A stretch of 64,000 nt of DNA, from assembly GCA_047967505.1 (NCBI GenBank), contig CM106538.1. The stretch is one strand, 5' to 3'. Below the pieces are notes generated by a model that saw nothing but the letters and a program-made list of their open reading frames with translations, ran no database searches and was not told where the DNA came from. Shown in pieces: positions 37,601-50,261 of this stretch (within the stretch, counting starts at the first letter, position 1; the number at the start of each line of letters is the position of its first letter). The stretch is from Dipteris shenzhenensis. Lineage: Eukaryota. The translations under genes were made by a program, and so were the position numbers.

Positions 37601-40600
37601 GGTCCACATCCCAGAGGACCTCTTGCAGGACGAGGAGATTCAGCAGGTTATGGCAGAGATCTGGGAGCACTCAGAGATGGCACCGAGCTAGGGCTGGGCT
37701 ACGTGGGTTGCCGATGCAATTCAGAGGAGCAGTGTGGAGTTGCAGGCTCACGCCCTCAGGCGAAGGAGGACACTTCAGGAGCACGAGCGGGCTTTGAGGA
37801 GAGACCTCGCCTCCATCAAGAGGTTCAAGGAGCAGGACCAAGTGTCTCAGTGGCTTAGTGACAGATTGGAGAGCGCTCGTCTCGAGCTTCAGGACACGGA
37901 GCTGCGGCGGGCTGAGTTCTCTTATCATTCCTCCTGGGCCCGATGGGTACAGCAGGGCGATAGGATGACGAAGTAGTTCTTTCAGACCACTGGGCCCCGA
38001 TCGACCGGCACACAGCTACAGCGTCTCCGGGACTCGCAGGGCATCATGAACACTGACCCGCAAGAGATTCTTGACATGACCACCGGTTTTTATAGCCAAC
38101 TCTTTCAGACAGAGAGGATGACCCTAGCCGGTCTTGTGGCCCGAGAGCTAGTTTGGGATCACATTCCGACGGTAGTCTCGCGGGACCTATGCAGCAGACT
38201 TGAGGAGCCTTTCACAAATGAGGAGCTCTGGGAAGCCCTCAAGGCTCTCCCGACCCAAAAATGCCTAGGGGAGGATGGCTTGACTCCGGCCTTCTTCCGG
38301 AACTTCTGGGAGATTATTTCCACCCCTTTCCGTTTAGCCTGCCAGGAGATTTTCGACACAGGCCTTCTCCCTCAATCCTTGCGCAAGGGGTGGATTTGTT
38401 TGATCCCGAAAGGGGGAGATAGGTCAGATATCCGATAGTGGAGGCCGATCACTTTGCTTGATACTGCATACAAGATCCTCGCCAAGGTCTTGAGTTTGCG
38501 GTTACGACCTCATCTTACCGACATCATACATGACACACAGACTGGATTTGTCCAGGAGCGCAGCATCCTGGACAACATCTTCACGTTCTGGGAGGCAGTG
38601 GATTGCTCCAGGCACAGCCACTGGCCATCCTTCTCTTGGACTTCGAGAAGGCCTACGACAGGGTGGAGTGGTCTTTCCTCGAGGGCACTATGAGGAGATT
38701 GGGTTTCTCAGACAAATCAGAGGAGTTTCAGCACTATACGCAGGGAGCTCTAGTCATATGATTATCAGAGGACACACAAGTGAGGCCTTTCCTCTCTCGC
38801 TCGGTCCGCCAAGGCTGCCCACTAGCTCCCTTCCTCTGAGGAGGAGCTCCTTGACTCGGAGTTTGCAGATGACATGGCCTTGTATGTTGAGGGCACCACG
38901 AGTCTAGAGAGAGTCAGAGGCGCCTTGGCTATCTATTGTGAGGCCTCGGGGGCACGGATCAATTGGACGAAATCCATAGGCTTCTTCACGGGCTTTGAGG
39001 AGACACAGGAGATCTGTGAGTGGGGGAGTGACATTGGTTTCAAATGGATACCGTGGGGCCAGACAACGAGATACCTCGGATGCCACGTGGGTATTGACAT
39101 CACAGCAGAGCAGCAGATTGCCCCGGTCCTTGAGAGTGTTCGGCGCAAGCTTCTCTATTGAAGCTCGGCCAAACTCTCCCTCGCAGGTCACGCCTTAGTG
39201 GCAAACCAAGTCCTTCTTGCCACTGCCTGGTATATTGCCTCCTGTTGGTGCTTTCACAGAGGTTGCATTGGGCAGCTCCGACGGTTGGTACGGAACTTCC
39301 TCTGGGCAAGCTCAGATGGCACGAGGAACTCTAGGGCCCGAGTAGCTTGGCAGACGGTGATCATGCCGCAGGCACTGGGAGGCTTGGGTATCATTGATCC
39401 GGAGATGCAAAGCAAGGCCCTTCTAGGCAAGTTGGTGGTTCATGGCCTCACCCCAGGTGCCGAGCCTTGGAAGCTCCTCCTACAGAGAGGGCTTCTGAGG
39501 AACACCCCATGCACTGGGGGATAGTGGCAACCTTCACATAGATGGATCTTCTCAGAGGCTCCCCTTACGGGGAAGGGCTCCCCCTTGATGAGGAGCCTCC
39601 ATAGGGTTTGGCAGAGACTAGCAGGGGGCCTCATCCGTGCCCGCCCAGATGCAGAGAGGAATTTGAGCGCCAGCCCCTTATGTGGCACCCAAAGGTCAGA
39701 GATTAGGAGGGACGTATGCTTGGGCAGCGGACTCACACTGGCTGGGCACAGTGGGACAGTGGTCCAACAGGGTCTTTTGGTCACTGGAGCAAACTACCCA
39801 TGGAGGCACAGGCGAGGCTTGACACCCTAGCGCATCTAAGAGGGGCTGGGCAAGGGATGGTCGAGATCGACTTAGCCATTCCTGAGTCCTGGTGGGAAGG
39901 ACTTCACATGTGGAGAGACAGCAGATGGTTAGGGCAGTTTTCCCGTACTGGTGTTCCTTTGAGGATTTTGATGCAACGCCACAACACGCACCCCGGCTTC
40001 TTCCGTGTCGGACCTGGAGGACTGCTTCAGCCCCTCACTGAGAGTGACCCTAAGATGGATGGGAGTATTGATGGGATACACTGGCAGATGATCAAAGTGG
40101 TAGGACGCTTGGGGAAGGAGTGGCACATTGATCCCAGTGTCTTAGAGCAGGACGACTCTCGATGGCGCCTCTGGCTATGGGAGGGTAGACCCCTGAGCGA
40201 GGTCCAGTGGGACCCGGGATCTGGCCCTCCAAGGGTGGCCTAGCTGAGATGATAGATGAGGTGCCTTTCATTTCCTACACCACACGGATTGGCAGGAGAC
40301 TTCAGATGGACTCGTCGAGGTGGACTCCCTCAAGGGAAAGACTCTGGGTGACCCAGAGAGTGCCCCAAGATGTTCACTCCAGGTTTTGGACACGGTTGTG
40401 GTCCAACTTGCGGCCAGCCCACGGAGGCGCTTGCCCATCGGTCCGTGGTTGGAGCAAATGCGAGTGGAGGGGCAATGCCACTGCTGCTCAGATGGTGTCC
40501 ACGAGACTATCCCGCACTGCCTATGGAGCTATCATAGTGCAACAAGGATCTAGATGAGAGCCCTCAGGATCACGACACGCATTCAAAGTATACACAGAGA

Positions 40601-41218
40601 TTACACCTGGGGAGGGGGAATGGTGGCTTGGTTGACAGAGGGAGGACATGCTTTTCAGATTGATGAGATCTCCCCAGCCTACCGAATACAGGGTTAGAGC
40701 ATTCAGAGGATTGCACTCCACGAGGCAGTCCCCCCTGACACCCTAGCTCCTCCTCCTCCTAGGGAGGACAGTGTTTGGGAGGTGGTAGCCAACATCACGG
40801 CTTGGAACATCTAGGTGGCTCGGTATAGTCTTGTGATGGGAGAGCACCCCGTTCCACCCTCGGCTACCTTGGTTGCCATCTGGCAGGATATCATCTACAC
40901 TCTAGGTCCACCTGGGAGCATGGGACTCCAAGCTCCAAGGCGACTATTGAGAGGCGTGCTCGTTTCTGCAAGGCTTGGCCTGCAGGTGTTTTCTACATCT
41001 TCACCCCGCGAGGGATTCGTTGGCTGTATAGTCCCGCCACTTGGCTGTTAGCCCCAGTTCGAGAGATCCCTTAGGCAGTGATCTGGGCTTCTCTGGAACA
41101 GGCTGGTTTTTCTTTCAGCCTTTTCCGGTTTTTTTCATACTCAGCACCTTCGGGGCTGTTGTTTTGTATGAAATCTTTCAAGCATTAATAGAAGGTTCCT
41201 TTCTTTGAAAAAAAAAAA
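34088..41218 (+). mobile_element. Full-length L1-clade LINE inserted in the Gypsy 5' LTR
   Basis: ORF1 has the knuckle CLRCGQMGHLARDC. ORF2 from 36811 has an endonuclease (SWNVHGL, GGDLN, ERLDRFY, SEHSPV), RT (DFEKAYDRVEW, FADDMALY) and a C-terminal Cys/His region. Poly(A) at 41208-41218. TSD AAGT(A/G)AGGCCTAGCAT at 34072-34087 and 41217-41232. Confidence 0.95.
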
Positions 41219-42392
41219 GTGAGGCCTAGCATTAGAGAGGGATGCCAAGAAGGGATAAAGACTAAGGTCCCCTAGAAGGACACTTGGCATCTAGAAGTCC
41301 ACATGGCATGCGGTGGGCTTGGAGGGAGAGTTCTAGAGAGAACTCCAAGGAGGAAACAAATTGGCGGTTTTTCTCGGTGGACTCGTGGCTAGGTGGTAAG
41401 GATCTTGAGCCCTCGATTTTGGATTGTTACATTGGTATCAGAGCGGTTGGAGAGCCTGAGGAGAAGAGATTTTTTACAGTTGAGAGCCAGCGAGTGTTCA
41501 AGTGGTTTCTTCCGGCCTATGTTGCCTGAAACGAAGAGTAGAATCGTTAACGCGAACGGACATCTTCACCCGCCATTCAATCGCGATACAATCAAGCCTT
41601 TGGAGAAGCTTCTCAACATCCCGCTGTTCGCCGGTCCGCCGTGCACTCCGAGTGTTTGAGAGCAACAGTGGGAGTACTGAGGATTTTCTGAAGTGAGGTT
41701 TTTCTGAGGTGAGTTCATTGAGAGGCGGGTGTGCGTGAGCTCGGATAGTTTGGTCTCAAAGAGGGATTTGTTGAAAGAAAGGAAGAAGAAAGCCAAAGGT
41801 GGCGCATCATCGAACTGAGGAAGAAGAAAGACAAAGGTGGAGCACCGCAGAACTGGAGCTGCTCAGAAACGAAGGAAGCTGGAATTGGAACTGCCATGAG
41901 CGACGAGAGACTCGTCTGATTGGCGATAAAGACGCTCAAAACATTTCTAAGCTTTTGGGCAATAGGAAGGCCGAAGGAACGAATGGAGAGAGTCCAGAAC
42001 GCCAATGAGGGGTGGAAGAAGGGCGAGTTTGAATTACTAATGATTTGCGCGAGCGAATGAGCAACAGCTCGTGGAGCATCATGCTCTCCTCTCCTCATCG
42101 TCATCCTGCACCTTTCAGCTTGCAATCTTAAATCATTACACCATCTCAGGAATACTCCTCCTGAAAATGAAGTCGTGGAAGCAAGTCTTTCCCTTGGAAA
42201 TAAGGCCTATAAATGGTGGATGAGCCTCAAAGAAAATGATAGAATTCCCAGGTATTAGGCTGAATTTGAACAAGCCTTCTTAAAAGAGCTTTTACCTGAA
42301 TAAGAGTTAGAAAGAGCTTGGGAGGCTTGGGACAATTGCACTATGGGTAAAAACACTCTAGTCCAGTATATAGCGAAATATAAGGAGACAGT

Positions 42393-43165
42393 CATTAGGA
42401 AAAAAGGGAGCTCATTTTGGGGCCTTTTAGAAGAGAGAGAAAATAGGCTCTCAACCAATCAGGAGTGGGCCAACGTAACGTTGAAAATTCAACAAAAGAA
42501 GATGAAAATAAGAAAAAGAAATAGTACTATATGTTCGTAGAAGCATGTCACATTAATGAGGTGATCTAATTTGAATCTTTTAAAAATTTATTTTCTGTGC
42601 AGAATTTGGTGATTCTGACACCGTAGACGCGTCCGGAACGGCCCAAAACCCCAAAAACGGCACTGGAAACGCTGGAATCAGACATCCGGAGGCCCGGAAA
42701 CGGCCAAAAAAGGCCGAAAAGTGAGATTTGCAGCTAAACGCGATTTGGCACCTTTTGAAATCTCAAAAGGTGCCAAATCGCGTTTTGCTACAAATCTCAC
42801 TTTTCGGCCTTTTTTGGCCGTTTTCAAAAGGTGACAAATCGCGTTTTGCTGCAAATCTCACTTTTCGACCTTTTTTGGCCGTATCCGGGCCTCCGGATGT
42901 CCGATTCCAGCGTTTTCAATGCCGTTTTTGGGGTTTTGGGCCGTTCCGGACGCGTCTACGGTGTCAGAATCACCAAATTCTGCACAGAAACGTGTTGCTC
43001 TTATATGAACATTGAATGTAAAGCATGTGAAAGAATATATTTATTCCTTTTCACACTGACATTTCTCACGCAAGTATCCATATTTTCTTGCTTTTGTAGA
43101 GAGAGAAAAGAGAAAATAGTGAATTTCTTACAGGGCCCCAAAATGAGCTCTCTTTTTTCCTAATG
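42393..43165. mobile_element. 773-bp non-autonomous TIR/foldback element inserted in the Gypsy gag
   Basis: 32-bp TIRs CATTAGGAAAAAAG(G/A)GAGCTCATTTTGGGGCC and an internal ~400-bp palindrome at 42592-42990. Removing it restores gag YKETV|LKLKGIDEFQK. Confidence 0.88.
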
Positions 43166-45947
43166 CCTTAAACTGAAGGGAATTGATGAATTCCAAAAGA
43201 TAAGGGGTTTCGTGAGAGGTCTTAAAGACACTTGTAAGATTGAGATGAGAAGAAATTCTCCCAAAATCTTTGAAGAAGCAATTAAGTATGCCCAAATTTA
43301 CGACGATACGACGGGGAAATCTAAAGTTGGAAATTCCGAACAAACATATTTTGTTTCTGAGTTCAACAAATTACCAAATTTGAAAAGGAAGGGGCAATTT
43401 AAGAAGGCGGCTTCTCAGGCACCACCTAAGAAACCTCAACACAAAAGTATCCTCTCTTGAAGAAAGAGGATTATAAAAGGATCAAGCAGGCAAACCTTTG
43501 CTTCAAATGTTTGGGCAAAGACCATGCTGCTTGGAACTGCCCTAAAAATAAACAAGCGGGACCTAAAGCCCCAAATAGACCTCCACCAAAACAAGTACAT
43601 GCAGTGCATGTGTTGCCGCTTAATGGTATTGAAAAGTACACTAAAGTAGAAGACTATCATGAGGATAGCACCCACATGTGTTGTCTATCATCGACAATGT
43701 GGCACCCCACCTTTGGTCCTCATGATTTAATGAGGATGCATGGAAATTTTAAGGGGCAAAGGGTAAGAGTGATGGTCAATGATAGTTCAACACATAATTT
43801 CTTGAACTACTCGTTAGTTAAGAAATTAAAATTGCCCGAGAGTCTAAGTGCCCATAAATATGTGGTCTCTTTGGCAAAGGACAGTGATAAAAAGGTTTGG
43901 GACACCATGATTCATGGTGTAGAGGTGGATATCCAAGGTTATCAAGATGTCAAGGATTTCCAAATTACGCATCTCGATCTAAAAGATGTTATTATTAGTC
44001 GAGAATGGTTGTATAGTCTAGACATAGCTTAGAGCGGAGTTATCTTAATAACTCCATTATGTTTGAAAAAGACGGCAAAGTCTTCCAAATTCACAGAGAA
44101 CATGATGTGCCCTACTCTCCTCTTATTTGTTCGATGGAATTGAAACGACTGCTATACCAAGAAGAATGCGAGGTATATCTCTGTGAACTTACTTTTATTG
44201 GTGATTTTATGTCGTCTGCATCAAAAAGAAGTAATCTTGCTTTTTATGATGTTAAAAAGTATAAATCTTCTTTCAATGATTTAATATTTTTTTTCCGTCT
44301 GATTTGCCTGATGGTTTACCCCTTGAGAGAGAAGTAAATCATAAAGTAGACTTGAGTCCTGAACGTACCCATGTTTGTAAACCCCCATATAGGCTTAGTC
44401 AAACGGAGGAGCTTGAGGTCGAAAGACAATTAACTAAATACCTTAGGAAGGGCCAAATTCAACCAAGTAGTTCACCTTGGTCTGCACCAGTTTTACTGGT
44501 AAAGAAAAAGGATGGTACTATGCGTTTATTCATAGATTACCAAGCATTGAATAAAATCACCATTAAAAATAAGTAGCCTATGTCTCACATTGATGAGCTC
44601 TTTGATCGATTGCAAGGAGCAAAATATTTTACTAAAACTGCTTTAAGGTCAAGATATCACTAAGTACGAATTAGAGAAGAGGATGTCCTAAGACATCATT
44701 TCGTATTAGATATGGACATTACCAGTTTAAAGGAAGGCCATTTGGGTCAACAAATGCTCCAGCAACTTTCATGACACTTATGAATAGTGTCTTAAGGCCA
44801 TATTTAGGAAAATTTGTTGTAGTATTTTTAGATGATATCCTTATTTATAGTAAAACCAGAAAAAAGCATTTGGAACATTTGCGAAAACTGTTTGAGTTGA
44901 TTAGAGATAACTCACTTTTGGCTAAGGAATCCAAATGTGAATTCTTCGTAAAATAAGTAAAGTACTTCGGACATTCCTGAAAAAGTAAGGGCCATATTCG
45001 AATGGCCACATCCTACAAATCTAGAAGAATTACAGATATTCTTGGGTTTGTCAGGATTCTATAGGAGATTCATCCAAGATTATGCTAAGTTGTTGTTCCG
45101 ATGACGGACCGGCTTAAGGGGAAGGGAAGCACCTTCATATCGGATGAACCTCAAAAGAGGAGTTTTGAAAAATTAAAAGTAGCTATAGCAGCAGCTCTTG
45201 TCTTAAAGGTAGTGGATCCCAATGAACCATTTGTGGTTGAGACAAATGCCAATGATTTTGCTGTTCAGACATCTTTTACAAAAGGGTCGACCAATGGCAG
45301 CAAGAAGTTAGACCGTGCCTACGAAATTACTCGGTATATGAGAAGGAACTTATGCTATAGTCTATGCTTTGAAGAAATTGAGGCACTATTTGTATGGTGC
45401 CAAATTCGAGATCATCTTTGATCAAGAGAGCATTAAGTGGATTTGTAATCAACCATAGCTTAAAGGTAGAAAAGCTAGATGGGCTGAATTAATGCAAGAG
45501 TTTGATATACAATTAATATATCGAAAGGAGAAGTTCAATGTGGTAGCAGACTCCCTTCATCGAATGCCAATTATTAATGAATTGAGGTTTACTCAATTTC
45601 AGAATGATTTTGTAGAGTCCTTGAAAGGGAAATGTGAGTTTGATCCTCACTTCTCTAAAATATGGAAAGCAATTAGAAATAAGGATCCAACTAATTGAGA
45701 GGCTTTCACATGATGGAAATGGTGACACATCACAGATTAGTGATAAAGGACTCAAGTAAAAAAAATATACTATTGAGGATGGCTACCTGCTCTACAAGGG
45801 TAGAGTATGTGTACCGGATAATAATGACATTAGGCGCCAAATTATTTTTGAGTATCATGATAGTCCGAGTGCTGGACACCCAGAAATTCAGAAGACATAT
45901 GTAAAAGGAAATTCTTTTGGCCTGAAATAGGTTAGGACGTCCAAGAC

Positions 45948-48649
45948 TGTTGAAAATGGGGAGACGGTGAGAGACACTCATCACATGATTGGAGACAAGA
46001 GCTGAGGCACAATAGCTGATGTTGATAGATGGATGAATCATAGCAAGTACATGGCCTCATTTATAGGCTGGGCAAGCCTTATCTTCCCACACTGACACCT
46101 CATAGATGAGGTCACACACAAGAGAATCTAGATCTATAATCTAGGGGAGGAATCACACCTACCACATGAGGTGGCACAAGTGGCCTCAAGACTCTTCACA
46201 CTCACACAATTGTAGGACACTCCTAGGACTCTAGGACCACACACACTAGGAGTCCGATAGTTCCAACAAACCCCCCTTCGGAGCTAGGGTGAGAAACTAT
46301 GACATCATCCAGACTGTGCATCCTAGGCAATCTCAGAGGCTAACAGCTGAGCATAATTCAGAGGTTGAACCAAGCACTCTCATGGCTTAGGTGTCAACGT
46401 GATCAGAGACTCGGATCTGAGCATGCATGCATGACCAACTCATAGGTCTAGGGAGTACACCAACATCCTGGAACTCGGCCAGGCCTGATAAAGGAAAGAC
46501 ATAACAACCCCCCTATCTCCTAACTGGGTACATGAAAATAAGTGGAGCCTTTTATGGGACAAGGCACACAAAATGACAAATTATTACATCATTTTAGGGG
46601 GACTACCCAAGGTAGAGTACCTAACACACACACGACTCTAGAAAGCCCACTCTTCATCTATCACCTCATGGAGAGATAGACCAGAAACAGCAACAGTGCA
46701 GGCTTGTTCCTTAGGTCCAGAAGGTGTAGCTTCATCGCCTTCGTCCTCGCTCTGCTCCGCAACCAGATTGGCATGTTCTTTGGCTTGTACCTTTGCATCT
46801 TCTTGAAGCAACGATCCTCTGTATGGCCAAGCTTCTGACAGTAATTACATTTAAGAGGTTTTCCTTTCTTCTTGGGCTTATTCTTGAGAAAGAATGCTTT
46901 GTCAAGTTCAAAGGAAGATTCTGCTTTCTCTGTAAGCCTACGGTCCTCATCAATGAGATGAGCTACCATATCCTTAAAGCTCATATTGCGGCTGACTCTT
47001 AGGACAGCAAGGATCTCACTGTACTTGGAAATGTCTTCAATACTTGAGAGAAGTACAACAACTTGATCATCATCTTCAACAATGGCTCAGATGGCAGATA
47101 ATTGTTGGAGAATTGACCCAAGATTGCTCAAGTGTTCATTGAGGGTTTCACTTTCCTTCATCTTGAGCTTGAAGAGTTTTTGTTTAAGAAAGACTTTGGA
47201 ATTATTGATCTTATTTCCAAACAAATTCTCTAATTTTTCCCAAACGTCATTTGCATTCTTATCAAAATCCACATGGTGGATAAGGTTGTCAGCTAAAGCT
47301 AGGCCAATGATAGCCATTGCTTTATCATTTTGGTTCTCCCACCAACTAATTCTAGCATCGTCACTTTTGGGTTTTGGCTCCTTGCCATTGGTGATATTCC
47401 ATATGCCTTCTCGCATAAGAAGCAGCCGGAGTTTCGTCTGCCAAGTTGGGAAATTGCTCCCTGAGAATTTATCGATGAACGAGGAGATTTTTATGCTATC
47501 CATTGGTGGGAAGGCCTTAGCTGTTATTACAGCCAATGTCTAAATCCCTTACAATGTTTACTCAAAAAAAAATAGGCACAGAGGAGACCTCAGACTATCA
47601 AGAAAGAATGCTGATTTCAGCCTTCAGAAGCATAACTTCAGGAATGGAATTGGAAGACATGGAGCTATACTATATACATGCTCGACACTAGCTTAAAAAC
47701 AGCAATTTTTCATGTCATACCATGTAAGCCATCTTTCGTTCACTGTCCGGACTGAAACTTGCAGTAGGTGAGATGGCGTGCAAAGGCACTTTGATGCAGT
47801 TTTGACGGCCGGGTGAGACGGTGACGTGCAAGTCGATGGCCACGGCCCTAGCAAGAACAGGCAATAGATCTGGGCACTTTGATACAGTTTTGACAGCCGG
47901 GTGAGACGGTGACGTGAAGAGCGAAAACAGGGGAGGAGCACACAGTCTTCAGCAGAGGCTTTTCCAGGAGCGATGGAGAAAAGTGGCGTCCTTCAAAACA
48001 GTAGCTTTTCTCCTAGTCGGGGAAGAATTCCTGGCCGAGATAGATGCGTGAGCAGATTGCGAGGGAGGCCGACTACTTCAATGTGGCTTCATCTCCACAA
48101 GACGCAGTTGCAGAAGCAGGCGACAAACTGAGCGGGGGAGCGTGTAGAAATGCACAGAGACTTTCTCCATGGCCTAGCAACTACATACAATGTCAAGAAC
48201 GTTGCTTCATCAGTTGCTGGTCCAGATCTGGTGGGCGTGGAAGATAGGCGTAGAAGCAAGTCGGCATCAAGATGGAAATGTGTCGATTATCTCCAAGCAA
48301 TTCGTGCTCATGGCTCTGATACCATTTGTTGAAAATGGGGAGAGGGTGAGAGACACTCATCACATGATTGGAGACAAGAGCTGAGGCACAATAGCTGATG
48401 TTGATAGATGGATGAAATCATAGCAAGTACATGGCCTCATTTATAGGCTGGGCAAGCCTTATCTTCCCACACTGACACCTCATAGATGAGGTCACACACA
48501 AGAGAATCTAGATCCTATAATCTAGGGGAGGAATCACACCTACCACATGAGGTGGCACAAGTGGCCTCAAGACTCTTCACACTCACACAACTGTAGGACA
48601 CTCCTAGGACTCTAGGACCACACACACTAGGACTCTGATAGTTCCAACA
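45948..48649 (-). mobile_element. Gag-only (TR-GAG-like) Copia-derived LTR element inserted in the Gypsy integrase
   Basis: LTRs 45948-46268 and 48327-48649 differ at about 6 positions by eye. TSD AAGAC on both sides, PBS 48313-48324, PPT 46269-46279. Gag IDKFSGSNFPTWQ..KQKLFKLKM and knuckle CNYCQKLGHTEDRC. No pol. Confidence 0.95.
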
Positions 48650-50261
48650 AAGACTATGTATTGAAGTACCAAAAATGCTAGGTCAATAAGGTTGAACGCC
48701 TTGAGGTAGGAGGTCTCCCACACCCATTGGAGATTCCATCTGACAAATGGGAAAGCATCTCCATGGATTTTATTGTGGGATTACCTAGAACACAGATAGG
48801 GCATAACTCTGTGTGGGTAATTGTGGATCGGTTGACCAAGATGGCTCACTTAATTCCAACCAATGAAGACATAAAAACTCCCAAATTAGCAAAGCTATTT
48901 GTGGAGCATATCTATAGGTTGTATGGGCTACCAGCGGGTATTGTTAGTGACCAGGACAACAAATTTGACAGCCATTTTTGGAGGGCTGTGTTTATGAGGT
49001 TGGAAACTACATTAAATATGAGCACTGCAAATCATCAACAGAGTGATGGCCAAACTGAAAGGGTCAATTACATCATTGAGGATATGCTTTGAGCATATGT
49101 AAGTAAACGGAAAACTAATTAGGAACAGCATTTTCCCATATTAGAACTTGCATATATCAGTGCCAAACATTCAACTACAGGTTTTAGTCCAATCATGATG
49201 ATGTATGGATTTTAACCAAGAGCCCCAATGGCAGTGGGACTCGAAAAAGAGAAGGTTCAAACGGCCAAAGACTTTCTTGAAGATATGAATCAAATGCTTA
49301 AGTTAGCTAAAGATAGCATAAGAAGAGCTCAGGATAGAGCACGAAGTTACGCAAACCCCCACCATAGAAGGTTGGAGTTTGAAGTAAATGAGAAAGTCTT
49401 CCTCAAGGTATCTGAATCTTCAAAATCCCTAAAGACATGTAAATGTCCGAAGTTCTCTCCTAGGTATTGTGGACTATTCACAATACTTAAGAGAATTGGA
49501 GAACTTGCTTACAAATTAGCCTTATCAGAGGGATGTAGAGTACATCCAATTTTTCATGTTAGTAGGCTAAAAAGAAAACTAGAAGATGATAATAATCTCA
49601 TTAAAAATGAAGTCCTAGCTGAACTAATTGAACCTGCATCTTTACCACATGAACCAGAAAGAATTTTAGATACAATATGGCAAGAATGTTTGGTTAAGTG
49701 GAAAGATAAACCCAAAGAAAGTCTGACATGGGAAAGAGTAAGCAATCTCCAAAGGAGCTTTCCCAATTTTGTTTTCGAGGACGTAAACCATTCTTAAGGA
49801 GAAGGGAATGTTACGTTAGCCATAATCCTGGAGCCATGCGGCGTGATTATGGTGAGGCGGGAAACCAAGAGGGCTTGACATTGCAACGGTGGATGTAAAT
49901 TATTGTGGCTAGGCATAAGTGGGACCTAGCATTAGAGAGGGATGCCAAGAAGGGTAAAGACTAAGGTCCCCTAGAAGGACACTTGGCATCTAGAAGTCCA
50001 CATGGCATACAGTGGGCTTGGAGGGAGACTTCTAGAGAGAACTCCAAGGAGGAAACAGATTGGGAGTTATTTTCGGTGAACTCGTGACTAGGTGGTAAGG
50101 AGCTTGAGCCCTCGATTTTAGAGTGTTACAAAATAACCAAGTCTAAGGCAAATGGGATACCCATGGCTGTATAAGACCAAGATGTGCAAGAGATATTGAG
50201 AAGCAACTCCCAAAAGCTAGGTGATTGTGGCTGGAAGAAGTATCAAAAGAACCGAATAGGC

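Larger units (their letters stand above)
33962..50130 (+). mobile_element. Chromodomain-bearing Ty3/Gypsy LTR retrotransposon with three nested insertions
   Basis: The 5' LTR is split by a LINE (33962-34087 plus 41233-41431); the 3' LTR is 49809-50130. PBS TGGTATCAGAGC at 41433 and PPT AAGGAGAAGGGAA. Flanks AAATG/AAATA. Gag knuckle CFKCLGKDHAAWNC, protease [22 protein letters not shown], integrase WESISMDFIVGLP and chromodomain EPERILD..LVKWKDKP..TWE. Confidence 0.95.
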
